Source of the DNA: Neoconidiobolus thromboides FSU 785
Lineage: Eukaryota > Fungi > Entomophthoromycota
NCBI GenBank assembly: GCA_025603075.1
Contig: MU626309.1
Location: forward strand, 52,968 to 116,967
Direction of reading: 5' to 3'
DNA length: 64,000 nt
The notes beneath the pieces are model-generated. The model saw only the letters and a program-made list of their open reading frames with translations. It was not told the origin of the DNA and did not search any database. Below are positions 25,279 to 40,800 of this stretch, one piece after another. The position numbers and the translations under genes are program-made. The first letter of the stretch is position 1. Each line of letters begins with the position of its first letter.

Positions 25279-26235
25279 ATGAGTGATAAGTAAGTACAAG
25301 TTTAAGCTTATATATAAACTAATTTAAGTAATAATTTTAACTCTAGCAAAAACCAAGATACCGTTACTTTCTTTCGTAAACGTAAAGAGCAACATAAATT
25401 AAAGGAAAGAGATGCTAAGATCCAATCAGCTAAAGCTAAGGTAATTTTTTTACATTTTATTTTAAATTTCAGCTCATATCACTCTTCAATTCCAGTCTTC
25501 GAATGAAAAGAAAACTCGATTCCTTAGACCAGATCATTTTTTAAAAAATAGCTTAAAAAAAGCTAAAGAAGTACGTCGATTAAATCGTATAAAAAGACAT
25601 AATATTTTACCCAAAGTACCATTAACTGGTAAAGTTTATTTAGTTATTCGTAACAAAACGTAAGTGTTTTTTTTAAAGTTTAAAAGACAATGAGGTATTA
25701 ACAAGATTTTATTTAGTATTGGTGATATCCCAGTTACTGTTAAAAAAGCATTCAGTGAATTAAGATTAAGTAAAATTAACACAGCTGTTTTTGTTGAAGC
25801 TACAAAAGAAAACATGGATAAAATTCAATTAATTAGTCCTTATGTGGTATTTGGGTAAGTCAGTAAAATTAACTTTTATTCAATTTAACTAAAGTACAAT
25901 TAAATAGTGAGCCCAACCTCAATTCCGTCAAAAGTTTAATATATAAACGTGGTTATACAGAGATCAATGATAAGCGAGTAGTATTAGATAACAATAATTT
26001 AGTAGAAGAAAAATTAGGGGAACAAGGGATAATTTGTATTGAAGATTTAGTTCATGAAATTTCCACTGTTGGCGATAATTTTAATATTGTTTCCAACTTT
26101 TTAGCCCCATTTAGTTTTATCATTCCAAAAAATAGCGATAAAACTTTAAAAATGGTTAATTCAACTGTTATGGATCGTACATCAGAACAAGAAAAAGCAG
26201 ATATTATTAATCAATTAGTGGCTAAAATGAATTGA
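25279..26235 (+). CDS. RLP7: Ribosome biogenesis protein RLP7 / uL30-like (multi-exon)
   Basis: Spliced translation has KVYLVIR, FSELRLSKINTAVFV, ISPYVVFGEPNLNSVKSLIYKRG, LVEEKLGEQGIICIEDLVHEI and NFLAPF. The basic N-terminus and weak codon bias favour RLP7 over cytosolic RPL7. Confidence 0.8.
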
Positions 26236-26748
26236 GTGGATATTACATTATTATGCATACACTCAATAGATTTTATGGCATTTTACTACTCCCTTTTTAT
26301 TTCATATAGAATTAAATATTTTTCAAAATATTATTTAATAATAATTAGATTTGAGATATTTTACTAGAATAATTTTATTCTTTTATAGAATAGAATGTTT
26401 TAATTTTGTAAATAACTAATATTAATAATATAAATTTTAATCTAAAGTTTTAGTGTTTCATAATTTCAATTAAAATATTTTAATATACAATAAATTTAAA
26501 ACTCAAGAAATAATTTTTAATATAAAAAGATCAATTAAATTTGATAAGCTTTCATTAAAGTATAATTTTATTTTTCTACCTTTAAAATATTTAATAGTTA
26601 ATAAACTGATGACCAATTGTAATAATCACAACTTTGGTAATTTTTATAAAACTAATATTAAATTCAATAATTTTCAACTTATTCAACATTGACTTTTTAA
26701 TTTCAATCGTAACATTGTCGATTCGTACAATAAAAGTTACTTACAACA

Positions 26749-29700
26749 TTAATTCAGCTTGAACCTCAATACAATTGCAACCACAACCCGCTGGACAGGC
26801 TGCATTTTCGCCTTCAAAATTAGTATCGAACCATTCTTTCATATGATTCATATGTCCACCATGACCACAAATATTACAAAATGAAGAGATACCTTTTTTA
26901 TATATAAAAGAATTAACATGGAATTAGAATTTAATAATAAAACTTTATTACCTTTGACAAAAGTTTGACAAATTGTGCATTTTGGATACATTCGATGTTG
27001 ATAGCATTTTTTACAATATCTTTTTATTACATTTTCTTTATTCCCATTATTATTGTTATTCCCTAATGATGGTGAATTCAACCCATTTTCAAACTCTAAA
27101 GGAGATAAACAATGATAACAAGTAGGGTGAATTTCTAATCCAATATGATTTTTATCCTGCTTCAATATCTCTGAATTCTTTAATAATTCTGCTCTTTGAT
27201 CTAATAATCCCCATTTGTATAATATTTCAGCATATAATGCTCTATAAAAATTAAACTTCAATTGTTCTTCTATTGAAAATAATGAGTTCAGTTGTTTATT
27301 CTCTTTCATTTCCTTTTCTTCTTGATTCATTAATAACGAATTATTCCCACTTTGTTTACTTAATGTATTAAAGCTTAACATTGTTTCTCTTGAATGTGTG
27401 GTACTAAAACTACCTGGTCCTTCAAATGTATCTTTATTAAATTTACCAGTATCTTCCATTTTTAATCCACCATTGGGATCATAAGCATGTAATTCCATAC
27501 TATGTCGACCTAAACTACCATACAAACTCGATTTATAATTCATATCTAAAGAACTACCAAATAGATGAGAGCTAGTTCTTGAATGAGATTCATTATCATT
27601 TTCTCGTAAGAATTTTATTGGATGAGTGGATGTAGGTGACATGGAATATAGACCTAAATTAGTAGGTAGAATTGGGGTTGTTTTTACTAAACAAGAATAT
27701 TAGATTAAACTATTTTTACTAATTAAGTTAACAAAATAACTTACAAGCAGGAGAAATAGGTTTGTTAATATCAGTATTAACTGGTTTTGGTGGTAATCTT
27801 CTTGGAGATGCAATTTCTTTTTGATAAAATGAATTATTTTTTATTGTTGAATTAGTTTGTAATAATGGATTTTGTAATAAAATAGGTGATTTTCGATCAT
27901 TAATAGAATTTTTATGAAATAATCGACTTGCTGGTCGACTCAATGTTATTGGACTAAAGTAGTCTTTAGGTATTTCAGATGTTAAACTGTATGATATTGG
28001 ATCATGATTCAACTAAACAAATAAATTAAACTAAATTAAATTAAATTAAATTAAATTAAATTAAATTTTACTTTTGAAATTGCATTAATTTCATTAGGTG
28101 CTTCAATACTAGATAAAGAATCAAAAATTGTTGCTAATATTCCCAATGTTTGTATATCATTTATTAATTCATAATAATTAAATCTAAATCAATAATAATA
28201 TAAATAATATAAATAATATAAATAATATAAGTAATATAAGTAATATAAATAATATAAATAATATAATAAACTTACAAATTTAAAACTAATTTTTTACCAA
28301 ATGGATGAGAACCCCAGATCATTAAATTTTGATTATATTCCGTTAATATATATTTAGTACAATCTGATAATCTTTTTTCATCATAATTTAAATTTATAGT
28401 CTCATTTCTATTTTTTAATTTTGGTGGTTTGAATAAAAAAATTAAATTTAACAATTTCCATAATTTAGATAAATCTTTTCTTCCTTTCATTTTAGCTATT
28501 TTTCTATTGTGATTTAAAATATGAGATAATGATTTACCAAATATTTTATAATTATAAGCTAATTCAAAATCCGGATATATAAAATTAGTTATATTTCTAA
28601 TATGAATCTGTTTACTATGATTTTTTTTCATTGAAACTTTAGATCCACCCAAATTATCCGATACATTCGTAAATAAATTTTTTTGATTTTTTTGGTTTTT
28701 TTGTAATTGCAATGAAGTATTATTATGAGCATTTGGTCGATAATATAAAGAAGATACAATAAACAATTCATCTGGATCATCTGGATCATCTGATGTTGAT
28801 AATATATCTTCCATTTTATTTCTAGTTAAATATTGATAATTATTTGAAGAAGCTAATCTAAACATTTTTAAAGATTCATATGATCTTGGATGAATATGAT
28901 AAGATGAAAATAAATTATTATTATTATTATTACTATTGTTATTATTATTATTATGTAACATTGACTCAGTTGAAAAAAATAAAATTAATTGATCATTATT
29001 GCCAAATATACCTGAACACATTCTAGGAAATGGAATATTTTGATCTTCTAATTCTAACGCTGATACTAATTCTCTTGTATTTGATAATTTATTTGCTTTA
29101 TGATAAGTTTGGTTTTCTTCATCTGAGTTGTCTGAATAAGATTTATTATTGTTATTACCATTATTATTATTATTATTAGATAAATCATAAGGCGGTTTTT
29201 CACCTAACATAAAGCTAATACATGGAAATAAACAATGCAAATTTTTAGATACATGAGCTTTGGATATGTTTTGTAATGAATTTAATATAAATCCTCGATC
29301 TGCCATTGAAACGATACCTTGTTTTGATAACTCAAATATTGGATAATTTTGATTAGGATAATCAATTGGAAAATCGATATTTAATCGAATATTAATTAAA
29401 TTTCCTCCTTTTTGCAATAATACTGGTAATCCTAATGTACAACTTCTTCCTGGCACATCAATTCTTTCAAATTCAACTCCTTGATTTTTAAATTGTTGTT
29501 TCATTATAGCAAATTCCTCCATCAAACTTTTAATTGTCCATCCTTTATAATAAGATGCTAAATTATCGGATGGGTTTTTACTATAACCTTTTACAGCTTT
29601 AATCCATGAATTAACGAAATTACTTGTCATTATTTCAGTTCGTATTTCTTTTTGTGGTTGTAAGTTGGTTGGTAAAGGTAACATTGTATTACGATGTAAG

Positions 29701-31592
29701 GGTGATGTAGATATTATATTATTTGAATTAGGTGGTGATGAATTGATAAAAGATAAATTATCTTTAGATGATTTATTGCTACTCCATGCTGTATTAATAT
29801 TTATACAATTTGTTTGTGGTGAGGTTGTACTATGTCTCGGTGTGCGATAAGATATCCCTTTTTCTGTAGACGATTTACTATCAGGTGTTAATTTACGCGG
29901 TAAACTACCAACTGCCTGTAATAATAATATTAAATATATTCAAATATTAAATTAATATTTACCCTTAGTTGAGATTCGCCAATTGGCCAAAGTCGAAGCT
30001 GACGATCTAATGAAAAGGTCACCAATTGAAATTCCCTATCATCTATAATAATAATTAAATATAAATTATTTGTTTATTTAATTCAAACTTTACCTTCCAA
30101 ATTAAAAGTTTCGTTATTACCCCTAATACGCCATAAAAATTCTCTAACAATACCAGTATGACCTTTATACTGAAACACAGGTGCTTCTGGTTTTTCTTTG
30201 TCCCATAAATATAAATCATTTTCACATCGTAATGGTATACTAATTATTCCTCTACCAAAGGGCTATAATTTTTAAAAATAAATAAATATCAAATAAACAA
30301 AATTTAATATAATAAACAATAAATAAATAACATGTAATAAATAATATATAATAAATAACACATAATAAATAATAAATAATAAAAATATTACTGTGTAACG
30401 TGCTTTACCAATTGGAAATGTAGTATTAATTTGACCTTTTGGTTCACTTAAATTTTCAATATCCCAAAACTAAAATTAAATTATTATTTAATATTAAAAT
30501 TATTTTATTAATAATATTATTCTCTACTTTTATTGTTTTATCATAACTGCAAGTTAATAGTTCATTTTCAGTTGCTCTGCTCCAGTTAATATTAGCAATT
30601 TTTTTATCATGGACTTGGATAGAATGCAAGGGCGTAGAACCTTTCTAAAATCGATAAATAAATAAAAAAATCAATATAGAAAAAAGTGAAATTTTTAATT
30701 GAAACTTACTCTAGTATCCCAAATTTTTAAAATAGTTTCTTGAGCCGTAGCTAATAAATAATCTTTATGTGGATGAAAATCAATTTGAGATATTGATAAA
30801 TCCCAATTAATTAATGTTTGTGCAGCTTTATTGACATCTTGTCTTAAATCCCAAATTTTAACGGAAGTATCTAAAGATGCTGTACCCAGTATTTCGGGAT
30901 GTATATTATTCCAATTGACATCACTAATAGCTCTATCATGTCCTGATACTATAAATTCTACTGAATTTAATTTGGGACGCAACAAATTCCATATTAAACA
31001 TTTTTGATTGAACTAAATAAAATATTGTGATTTAATTATGCTAGTTTTCTAAGCGTAAATTTAAATAAAAATTACTGTTGTTGCAATCCAAGTTTCCCTT
31101 GTATGATGAGGGTTCCATTGTGCTTCTGCTACTTCCCATCGAGAAAAATAAGGTAATGCTCGAGGCGGATCAAAAGGATTTTCAAGATCAATAATTAATA
31201 AACCATTTCGACTAGTATTAAAAAAATCATTAATTTACATTATACATAGAAATATACATAGAATAATATATAGAATGTAATAATCCAATTAAAATAGCTT
31301 GAAATTACCTAGCCAAAACAATATCTCTTTTTAAGGGAGAAATAGACATTGCTGCAATTGGTTCATCAATTTTAATATTTAATTGTTGATAAAAAGAAGT
31401 ATCTAAATTCGTTTCAAAATAACTTTTCTTTTCTTCATGTTTTGGAGGTGTTTCTAAAGTTTCAAGATTATTTTTTTCATAAGATGGAGATTCTAATTCC
31501 AATGAATTCTTTTTTTTTTCGATGGTATCATTAATATCATTGATTGTTATTGAAGGTAATACAGGAGTTATTGAGGCACTTTCATCACTCAT
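26749..31592 (-). CDS. MTC5: GATOR2/SEA complex subunit WDR59/Mtc5 (WD40, RWD, C-terminal zinc finger)
   Basis: AMSISPLKRDIVLA, GHDRAISDVNW and WDLR/WDTR WD repeats; RWD-like INIRLNIDFPIDYP; FPRMCSGIFG; C-terminal CTICQTFVKG..FCNICGHGGH..H..EWF...CPAGCGC. Confidence 0.9.
28022..28066. repeat. (TTAAA)n intronic microsatellite
   Basis: Run of taaat units inside an MTC5 intron. Confidence 0.8.
28195..28270. repeat. (AATAATATA)n 9-bp intronic tandem repeat
   Basis: About 8 units of aataatata/gtaatataa in an MTC5 intron. Confidence 0.8.
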
Positions 31593-31799
31593 AATTAAAT
31601 TAAATACAAAATGGTAATCTTTTTATTTAGCTGTGACTTAAATTGAATTCTGTAAACAAAATGAAGTCAATTAATTTTATTACTTGAACTTTATTGGCTA
31701 ATGAAAATCAATTCTAACAAATAAGTTGAAGTAATTTAAAAGTAAATCAGATAGATAAATTTTAGAGGGAGAGCATTATCAATTACTTTATTAAAAGAG

Positions 31800-33964
31800 A
31801 TGAATCCCAACACCGATATGAATACAAATGAAACTGAGAATGAAGAAATACAAACCTTAACACGAGTCCAAGAATTATTGCAAAAAGGGGGAATAATGTT
31901 ACCTTCGTCAGCGGTTAAACCACCGTTGAAAGATAATCTTAAAGAATCTTCACCAGAATCCACATTACCTCAATATTGGTATCCATTAGGAGCAGGTATT
32001 ACACAAAAAATGGAACCAATGGATATAACTTCGGAAGGTACTATCTATTTGAGAGAAAGACCAAGTATTAGAGATAAAGCCGATGAAACTATTGGTAGGA
32101 TATGGGAAGAAAGTAGTATTAGTTTTGATAAGTTAACTAAAGATAACTTTATAAATAAATTTACTGAAAATGGAGATACTAAGTCGGATGTAGATGTAGT
32201 TGAAGAAGAAGAAGAAGAAGAAGAAGAAGAATTTACTACAGATAAATTTTTGGAAACTATTACTATGATGAAAAGACGTTTATTGTAAGCTATCATTATT
32301 TTAATAATTGATTTTAAATTTTGAAAAGGTTTTTACTAAAAATAATAAACTGATATTAAAACGAATTAATTAATTTAGAGAATGCAAACAAGAAGCAGGA
32401 ATAACGTATGATATGGTGAATTTGCTAAAAAATAACCCCACTACAAACCCCCAACTAAGTTTAGAAGATTTAATAAAAAGGGGAGAAACTTCTAAAAACC
32501 CAATGCCATTAGCACCAAATGCATTAGATTATTCTTTTGGTGCGTTAGAAGAACCAAGTTTAAAAAGGAAGATTGGGGATTCTAAATTAAATTTAGCTGC
32601 TAAGAGAAGCCAAATTGTTAACTCAGTGGAATTACTAAAACAAGGGGAACAAAGGTTGAAGTTAATGATTGATAGTGAAGCGTTATTTTGGTCCAAGATG
32701 TTTAAATTGAAACCTTTAGGCTGGGTTATTCAATCTACTCTTCAGAGGTTAGATAGTAATTTAAAACCATTTACAGTAAATTACGGATATAGAGATGGTA
32801 TTATTATATTCTGTTTTTATAATAATAAATTTTAACTGAAACCAATTTATTTTAGCTGGTTCAACCTTCAATGTGAATACAGTAGCTGAATTAACACATG
32901 ATATTAATGAAGCTGGAGCCGTATCCGTTCGGCCTTTTCTTGAACATCAAATACCAAAAACAGTGATTTTACAATTAATTGGAGAAAACTACTCTTCCTT
33001 AAAAGATAAGATAGATAGTAATTTTATTATACCATTTCAACATCCGTTAGAGCCCTTACCGAATGATTGGGACATGGATTTAGCAGTGTTAAAAATTCAT
33101 CGTACATTGCAATTGGCTCGTAGCACTTGTTTAGATTTAGAATTATTTCATCATTTAACTAAAGAAGCAAGAGATTTGGAATCTGTTATTAAAACTACAG
33201 ATGATTTAATTTTAATTCGTATCAATGATCAGGTAGATTTAGCTATTAGGTATGTACCTTTACCTAAAAGTTACATAGACGAGTTAAATCAAACTATTCA
33301 TATTAAAAATGGAAATTTAAATACAGCAGATGTTTGTCAAAAAATCAAAGTGACCATGTATTCTCAATTGAGAATCATTCATCAAAATCGGTTAATTCAA
33401 AGAAAAAATAAACTAATGAAAAACATTGTTTATGATAATGAACCACCATTAGAAGAGATTAAGTAAGTGTTTTATTTATTCATTATATTTATTTAAAATA
33501 TTTTTAAAATAGAAAATTTGAAAAAGTATCCCCAATATTATCCACCAATATAGATTTATGTAAATATCATTTTTTCCTACGAAGAATGTGGAAAGAAACC
33601 ATTAAAGCATTGAGTGAAATCAACCTACCAGAACTTCCAACCAAAGCTGAAATACCACGGATTGAAGCTGATTTAGCACTTCAACCAGGTGCTCAATTAG
33701 GTTGTTTTACAACTAGTCATTATATTACTATTGTTGTACTTGGAGCTCATATTATTCAATTTCATTTATCAGCCCCAAATAAGTTAGTGGCTCATTTGTA
33801 CTCCGGAGATATTGAAATGGATATTGAAATGGATTGGTTTAAAATTTTGATCAAAAATGAAGTTTTAAAAATTTTAAAAGTACATGATATGATCGAGGTA
33901 TAGAGTTGAAGAAAGTGTTGTGAAATTATTCAAGGTAAGTGAAGGTGTTTTGAAAAAAAATTGA
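31800..33964 (+). CDS. MED17: Mediator subunit Med17 (Srb4), multi-exon; 3' end approximate
   Basis: PSIRDK..E-like N-terminus, then LLKQGEQRL...EALFWSKMFKLK..GW and VNYGYRD(A)GSTF, which match Med17 conserved blocks. Divergent from MTC5 across a 207-bp gap. Confidence 0.72.
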
Positions 33965-34297
33965 AGGTTAAGATGTTATTGTTGATGGATTTAATAAAAT
34001 AGTAATGTTAATAAATTTTCAAATCGTTTTTTAATAGTATTTTATAAACACCTTTTTATAGATGAGAGTTATCTTTTTTATGAAAACTTATTCGATTATT
34101 AGCATTTCCAGAAATTAAAAAATTTCTTTAGTTAAAATAGAAATATTTATAAGATTAAAATAAAATTCAAAATAAAATACTAAAAACATCTTATAAACAT
34201 TCTAACTATTTTAAAAGAACAGTAAGTTTGTGGCTTAAAACTGTCTACTTTTTCTATAAAAAAAACCCAAAAACTTCATTCCCAAAAACCAACAAAT

Positions 34298-35360
34298 ATG
34301 TTTGCAAAAATTGGAAGCTTCCTATTAATAGTCCTCCTCGCCATTCTTTTTCGTAATAATTTTTCAATTAATTATAATATGACAAGTACTTTATTACCTT
34401 CCATCATTCGACAAGCTACCAAATCTCATACAGCTTCTGTAATTTTCCTTCATGGTTTAGGAGATAGTGGAAATGGCTGGTAAGTTTGAAAATGAAATCA
34501 ATTAAAAATTATAAAATTTAACAACCAATCTTCTCATTAGGGCACCAGTAGCAGATCAAATTAAAGCTCAATTCCCACACATTAAATTTATATTTCCTAA
34601 TGCGTAAGTTTTGATATTATTCTATTATTTAAAAAGAGAAACATTTTATTTATTACATTCTCAACTCAGTCCTAACCAACCAGTAACTTTAAATGGAGGT
34701 ATGTCCATGCCTTCCTGGTATGATATTACTTCTTTAAGTGATTTAGAAGAGCATCAGGATAAAGCTGGTATGTTAGCTTCGGTACAAAAAGGTAAAATTA
34801 TTTTATATTATTCAATAACTATATGCATGTTCATACAATTTTTTATCTTAAAGTTAATAAACTTATTCAAAATGAAATTGATATTGGTATTAATCCAAAT
34901 AGAATCGTAATTGGTGGATTTTCTCAAGGTAATTAGCCACAATTATAGTATTTTCAAAAAGAATGATGGATTTTTAAAATTTAACTAGGTTGTGTTGTCA
35001 GCTTGTTAACTGCCCTTACTTCCGAATACCAATTTGCTGGTGTTGTTAGTTTTAGTGGTTATCTACCAATAGTTAAACAAGTATTTAATATGGCTACTGA
35101 TAGTTCTAAAAAAGCACCCATCTTGTGGTGTCATGGAGAACAAGATGAAGTAATATGGATTATTTAATTTCGAATAAAATAACAAACTCTATTTTTAGGT
35201 AGTAAACTATAAATATGGATTACTCAGTAAAGAAGCCTTGACAAAGAATAAATACAATGTGGAATTTCATTCTTTCCCTAATATGGGACATTCTGCTTGT
35301 CAAGAAGAAATCATGATCTTAACTCAGTTTTTAAGGCGTGTTGTACCAGAGAATATTTAG
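34298..35360 (+). CDS. APT1: Acyl-protein thioesterase 1 / lysophospholipase (Abhydrolase_2)
   Basis: HTASVIFLHGLGDSGNGW, FIFPNAP, PVTLNGGMSMPSWYDI, GGFSQG (nucleophile), HGEQDEVV and MGHS. Confidence 0.93.
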
Positions 35361-36934
35361 GTCGGATTATAAATTGTAATTGAAATATTATTATTTATGT
35401 TTTATGGGTTTTCTTTAATCTTTACTGTTGTTATTTAATCATTTGATAGTTGTTTAAGTATAAAAAGGTAGGGCTTTATTTTGAAGATATATTTATTAGT
35501 AAATAAGCCAAATATGAAGGATAAATTGATTTGTATACATTTGCTATACACAGTTCATATGATTCCTATATAAGAATTGATATTAAACTATTGTTGTACT
35601 GATATAGATGTTATTTAAATTAAATTATTACAATAAGTTGATATGGTATTAACTCTTTTTTTTCAATTATTTGATTGATATTTTTTTAAACTTTTTGTTC
35701 TATAAAAACAAGTTAAAACAATAAACAGGAAGTATCACATAATGATATTAGTAGGTATCGAACAAGCCATATGACTAAATACTTTAGAATTGAACTCTAA
35801 TGATTAATACTAAGCATCAAAGACATTAGAAGTGATTAACATTGTCATTACATTATTTACTAGTGTTTCCGAATATCTACCTTAATGCTTAACATTATTA
35901 CATAACAAGATTTGCTTTGTAATGGGGAATTTGCTATAATAGTAGCAAAAATGTAAAAATGAAATAACGCTTTATTAATTCATCTCATTTATAGTTCCAA
36001 TTCCTTTTTACTTTTTTATTTAGCAATCCTATGGCTATTCTTTATACTAATACTAAAAGTTGAATACTAAATCTGATAAATTAAGTTTTATAAATAAAAT
36101 AAAATAAAATAAAATATTAATCCTAAACTTATGAATTGATAAGGTATATATTTAATATCCTCGATTATTATATGCTCTAGTAGTTTCACTGGAATAATAG
36201 TTAATATAGTGGAACTTTTAATGCTGCTAAACAAGTGAAGTTTATAAAATAGTATTCCTTTAAATTAGAGAAAATAAACGTTTCATCAAGAACTTTATTT
36301 ATGAGTAGAATAAAAGAACAAATAATTTAGATGAAAGGATAATATACAAGAAAAAGATTAGTGATAAAAAATCATTAGACTCTAAGGAGAATATTCAACT
36401 TGAATGCATCTGCTTTGGTTGTGAGCAGTCTAAAGTACACATGTTTGTAACCAATGCGATATAAACATGTTCAGCATTTGAATGTAGAAACAGATGCGAT
36501 ATAGTAAGATACAACAAGAGTTCAAATATTCAAATATTAAATAAAAAGATTTTCAATAAAATCAAAAAAATTAGTCTTTAATGAATTTTACTTGCCTTGT
36601 TTCACTTTAACTGTCATGGTTTTTTAGCAATTTTGGCTAATGAATATAGGGGATGTCTGAATTAGTTTCATTATTTTATCCAATTTTTAAATATTTTGTA
36701 TCAAAACTTCGCTTAAAATCTTATAAAAACAATTCTTATTTACTAAAAAACAAGTATCTGGACACAGTTCTAAATCATTCTATTATAGTTTATACTTTAA
36801 GTTGGTTGAATTTCTACTAGACCTTAAATACACATTCTTATAAAACTTTATTGAGAAATATTTATTATTGACCGCTTTATAACCAACATTACAGATTTGC
36901 TATCAAATAAACTATTTTAATATTATAATTATAT

Positions 36935-37029
36935 GGGGATGTTTTTTTAACTTCATTACTTTTTCCATTTTTTAAGTGCTATCTGAGCGGAAAGATTATT
37001 AATAGAATTAAACAAAAAAACAGATCTTC
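36935..37029 (+). mobile_element. MITE copy
   Basis: AT-GGGGATG start, family core and decayed right end. Confidence 0.8.
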
Positions 37030-37863
37030 ATATATTTGTTATTTAACATTAATCTTTAATCAAATTTCAAAATACTCAAATATCTTTATTTAATATTTAT
37101 CAAGATTGATGTTTAGTTTTTATCTCATTATTTTTTTAAGACTTAAAATATCTTTTGACCTGATTTTAACTAAATTTTCTTCTTAAATAAACAGTTAGAA
37201 GAACGTAAAGTTGTAGCAGCTGTCAAAAAACCTAGATTTTATTGTTTTATAAATTTGAAATAATTTAAAATTATTGAGGATAGTTAAAAAATAAATTGAA
37301 ACAAAGCTTTTATTTTTAGACTAAAAATATCTTGAAAGAAAAGATGAAAGTTCAAAGAATAAGTTGAATGGTTTAGTTTCAACTTTTAAAAGGATTAGTT
37401 AATATTAATTAATATTAATTAATATTATTAATATTATTAATATTATTACTATTATTAGTATGAGTTTAATTTTAAAAAAATCAAAAACTTAAAAATCACT
37501 CGTTATGATGATAAAAAGTAGTATTTTAGCTTAACGTCAAAACTCAAAATTTGGATATCATGTCATTTAAAACCTGAGCATGGGCTTTATTATTAAGATA
37601 ATCATAAAATTTATTTCTTAAAAGAAAGGCAGATCATTTACTAAAAATGGAACTTCCAGTTAATAAAGCCCATTAAATAGCCAACTAAAAACAAATCAAT
37701 ATCTAAATGAGATCAATAAAAAAACAACTAGTTACAAACAATTAGTTGAATTGTTGAGTTGGGAATCAATTGCTCTTTTTTTCATTACTTTAATTATTTA
37801 TTTTATTTTATATTACGTATCTGAATGAGTAACCCGATAACAATCACTCCCTCAAGTTATACT

Positions 37864-40800
37864 ATGACCGAAGAAAAAGTAGCTTCCAAGAAAAAATTAA
37901 CAAGAAGGAATTGTTATTCAATATTACTCAATATTATCACCTTATTTCTACCTAATAAATTATTTCATCAATTAGGTAAATATAATTATCTATTATAATC
38001 ACTTATTAATTAATAACTTCTAACTCTTGTTTCTCTTATAGGTTATAAAACTCCCTTACGAATCTTTCGATTAAAAGAAAAAGTATTATATTCATTAATA
38101 TTTCTAATCCTTAATGGACTATTATTGTTATTACTCATCAATAACATCATCACTTTAAGTAATAATTCATCTACTTATATACCATTCGCCTCAATCTCAA
38201 ATCAACCCAGCATCATTTATGGACAATATTATGCTGATATCCCCAACAATGAATTTTCAAGTAATAATAGTAAGAGTAACTTTTATGATTCTAGTTTCTT
38301 ATATCAAGATCGAAATGAAGTATGTGATAATTTTTGGAATGTTCATGGATTAGGTACTTATCTACCATGTTATTTATTGGATTTCAATAACTCTACACTG
38401 TTACAACTATCAAAGGAGAATAAAACATGTTTATATAAAACAGAAGAATTGAAAAGAACATTGAATAATCAAAAGAAAAAGAAGTTACTATTAAGTTATA
38501 AATTCATTCAAATACATGAAAATTGGATTGTTTATAAAGACAAAGTAATTGATTTAAATCGATTAAAGTATTTACATCCCAATTTAATTAAAGCGGAACA
38601 ATTATGGGTTAAATTAATAATTGATAAAATTATTGATTTAACACAAATTCGAAAAGAGAATATAATTGATGTTACTTATTTGATACAAAATTCATTAAAT
38701 TACCAACAATTGAATTTGTTAAATGAATGTATATTTAATCGTATTTTGATTGGTTATATAAGTCCAATGACGTATTGGTGTTTAATGTTTTATTTATTTG
38801 TTTCTATTCTTTCAATAGTTACGTTTCTATTTCTATTTTGGAAATTAAGTAAGTTTATTGTGTTTAAATTATTTAAATGGGATTATATATTTGATTGGAA
38901 TTTCAATGGGGGTAAAGTAGCTACAAATTATTCATATCTGAGTTATAAGAAAAATGGAAAAGAAGAGGTAAATAAAATAATATAGAATAACATAATTCTA
39001 ATTAACTATTTAAATTATTTTTATTAGCATTTATCTTGGTTACAATGGTTAAATCAACAAAACGAAAATGTAATTAAAGAAGAGAATACAATTAATGAAT
39101 TGATATTAATGGAGAAAACATATCCTAATTTATTAAAATACCAAGATAATGAATTTAAAAAAAATAATCAAATATTAGCTCAAATTGAACCAAATTATGA
39201 ATTAGAAAATGGTCTAGATTATGAACCCTTACGTAGTATATTTTATATTAATTCAAATGGAAGAGGAAATGTAACTAATTTAATCAAATGTTTAAAAAGT
39301 ACATGTGAAAATGAATACCCAAACACACATAAATTAATAATTGTTATGATTGATGGTAGAAGTAATTATTTAAATCAGTTATTAAAATTAATGATAGATC
39401 CAATATTACCTACTAAAGATATTCAAGCTTCAAGTTATTTAGATGATAATCAACAAATTAATCAAATCAAAATTTATGCTGGATATTATGAATATATTAA
39501 TCCTAATTATAAAGATAATAATATTGTTATGGAACAACAAAGTAAATATTTAAAAGTACCTTTAATTTATTTATATAAATTAGGTAATAATAATGAAAAT
39601 AACAATTATTGTGGCATTCGTGGTAATCGAGATAATTTAATACTAATATTAAGCTTTTTAAATAAGATTCATTTTAATTTACCATTAAATAATTTTGATT
39701 ATGACTTTTATAAATCAATTAAATTAATTACAAATTGTAATATTAAATTATATTGTATTTTATTTACAATGAATTATAATGTAATAATGAAATCCAATGC
39801 TATTATTAATATGTTACGTCCCTTCATTTTTAATGATAAAGTGATTTGTGTTCATTCCAAATTTCAATTTCAATCTAAGGATTTATTATTAAGTAGATTG
39901 TTTAAAGTAATTATTAATTCATTTTATAATTTATATTATTATCATCCATTAGCTAACAATTGTATTGCTTATAAATTATATGATCAACCAAATCGATTAA
40001 AATATATAGAAATTAATAATGAAATGAATTTATTACAATATAATAAATTAATTAACCCAATTTTATTAAAACAATATCAAATCAATAATAATAATAATAA
40101 TAATATATTATTACAATATTATAGACAATATTGTTATGATTATAATTTAATTAGTTTATTAAAATTAAAATTAAATCATGTTCAATATATTCAATTAAAT
40201 ACATCTCATATAATATATCAATTACCAATTACAATCAAATCATTTTGGATTACTAGTTGTATTGAATATTTGAAATATTTATTTATTTCATTTAATGAAT
40301 TTATAACTTCTTTTTCATTTATTCATTTTATTTTATTCAATATTTTATTATTTTTACCAACGTTATTATTATTGATTAGTTATATTATTTATTATATAAT
40401 CATTACTTTACAATGGAATAATTATAATATTAATGATATTAATATGATTTATTTATCATTTGTTATCAATGTTTTATTTTATTTCATTATAGCAATATTG
40501 ACTCAATCAAAACCAAGTATTAAGAATATTTTATTAGATAGTATTATTACAATATTATTTTTACCAATTTATTGTATAATATTGCCTTTGTTATCTATCT
40601 TTAATATTGATGAATTGTATAGTAAATATTTTTTAAATAGTATTTATCCAAATTATGAATTAAGTTCCATTCAAAATGAAAACCAACAACAACGACAACA
40701 ACAACATGATAGTAATAGATCAAAATTAGATCCAAAAGTATTTGTAAATACAGATTCATGGCATACAACTAATTTAACTAATGATAATTTAAAAATAATG

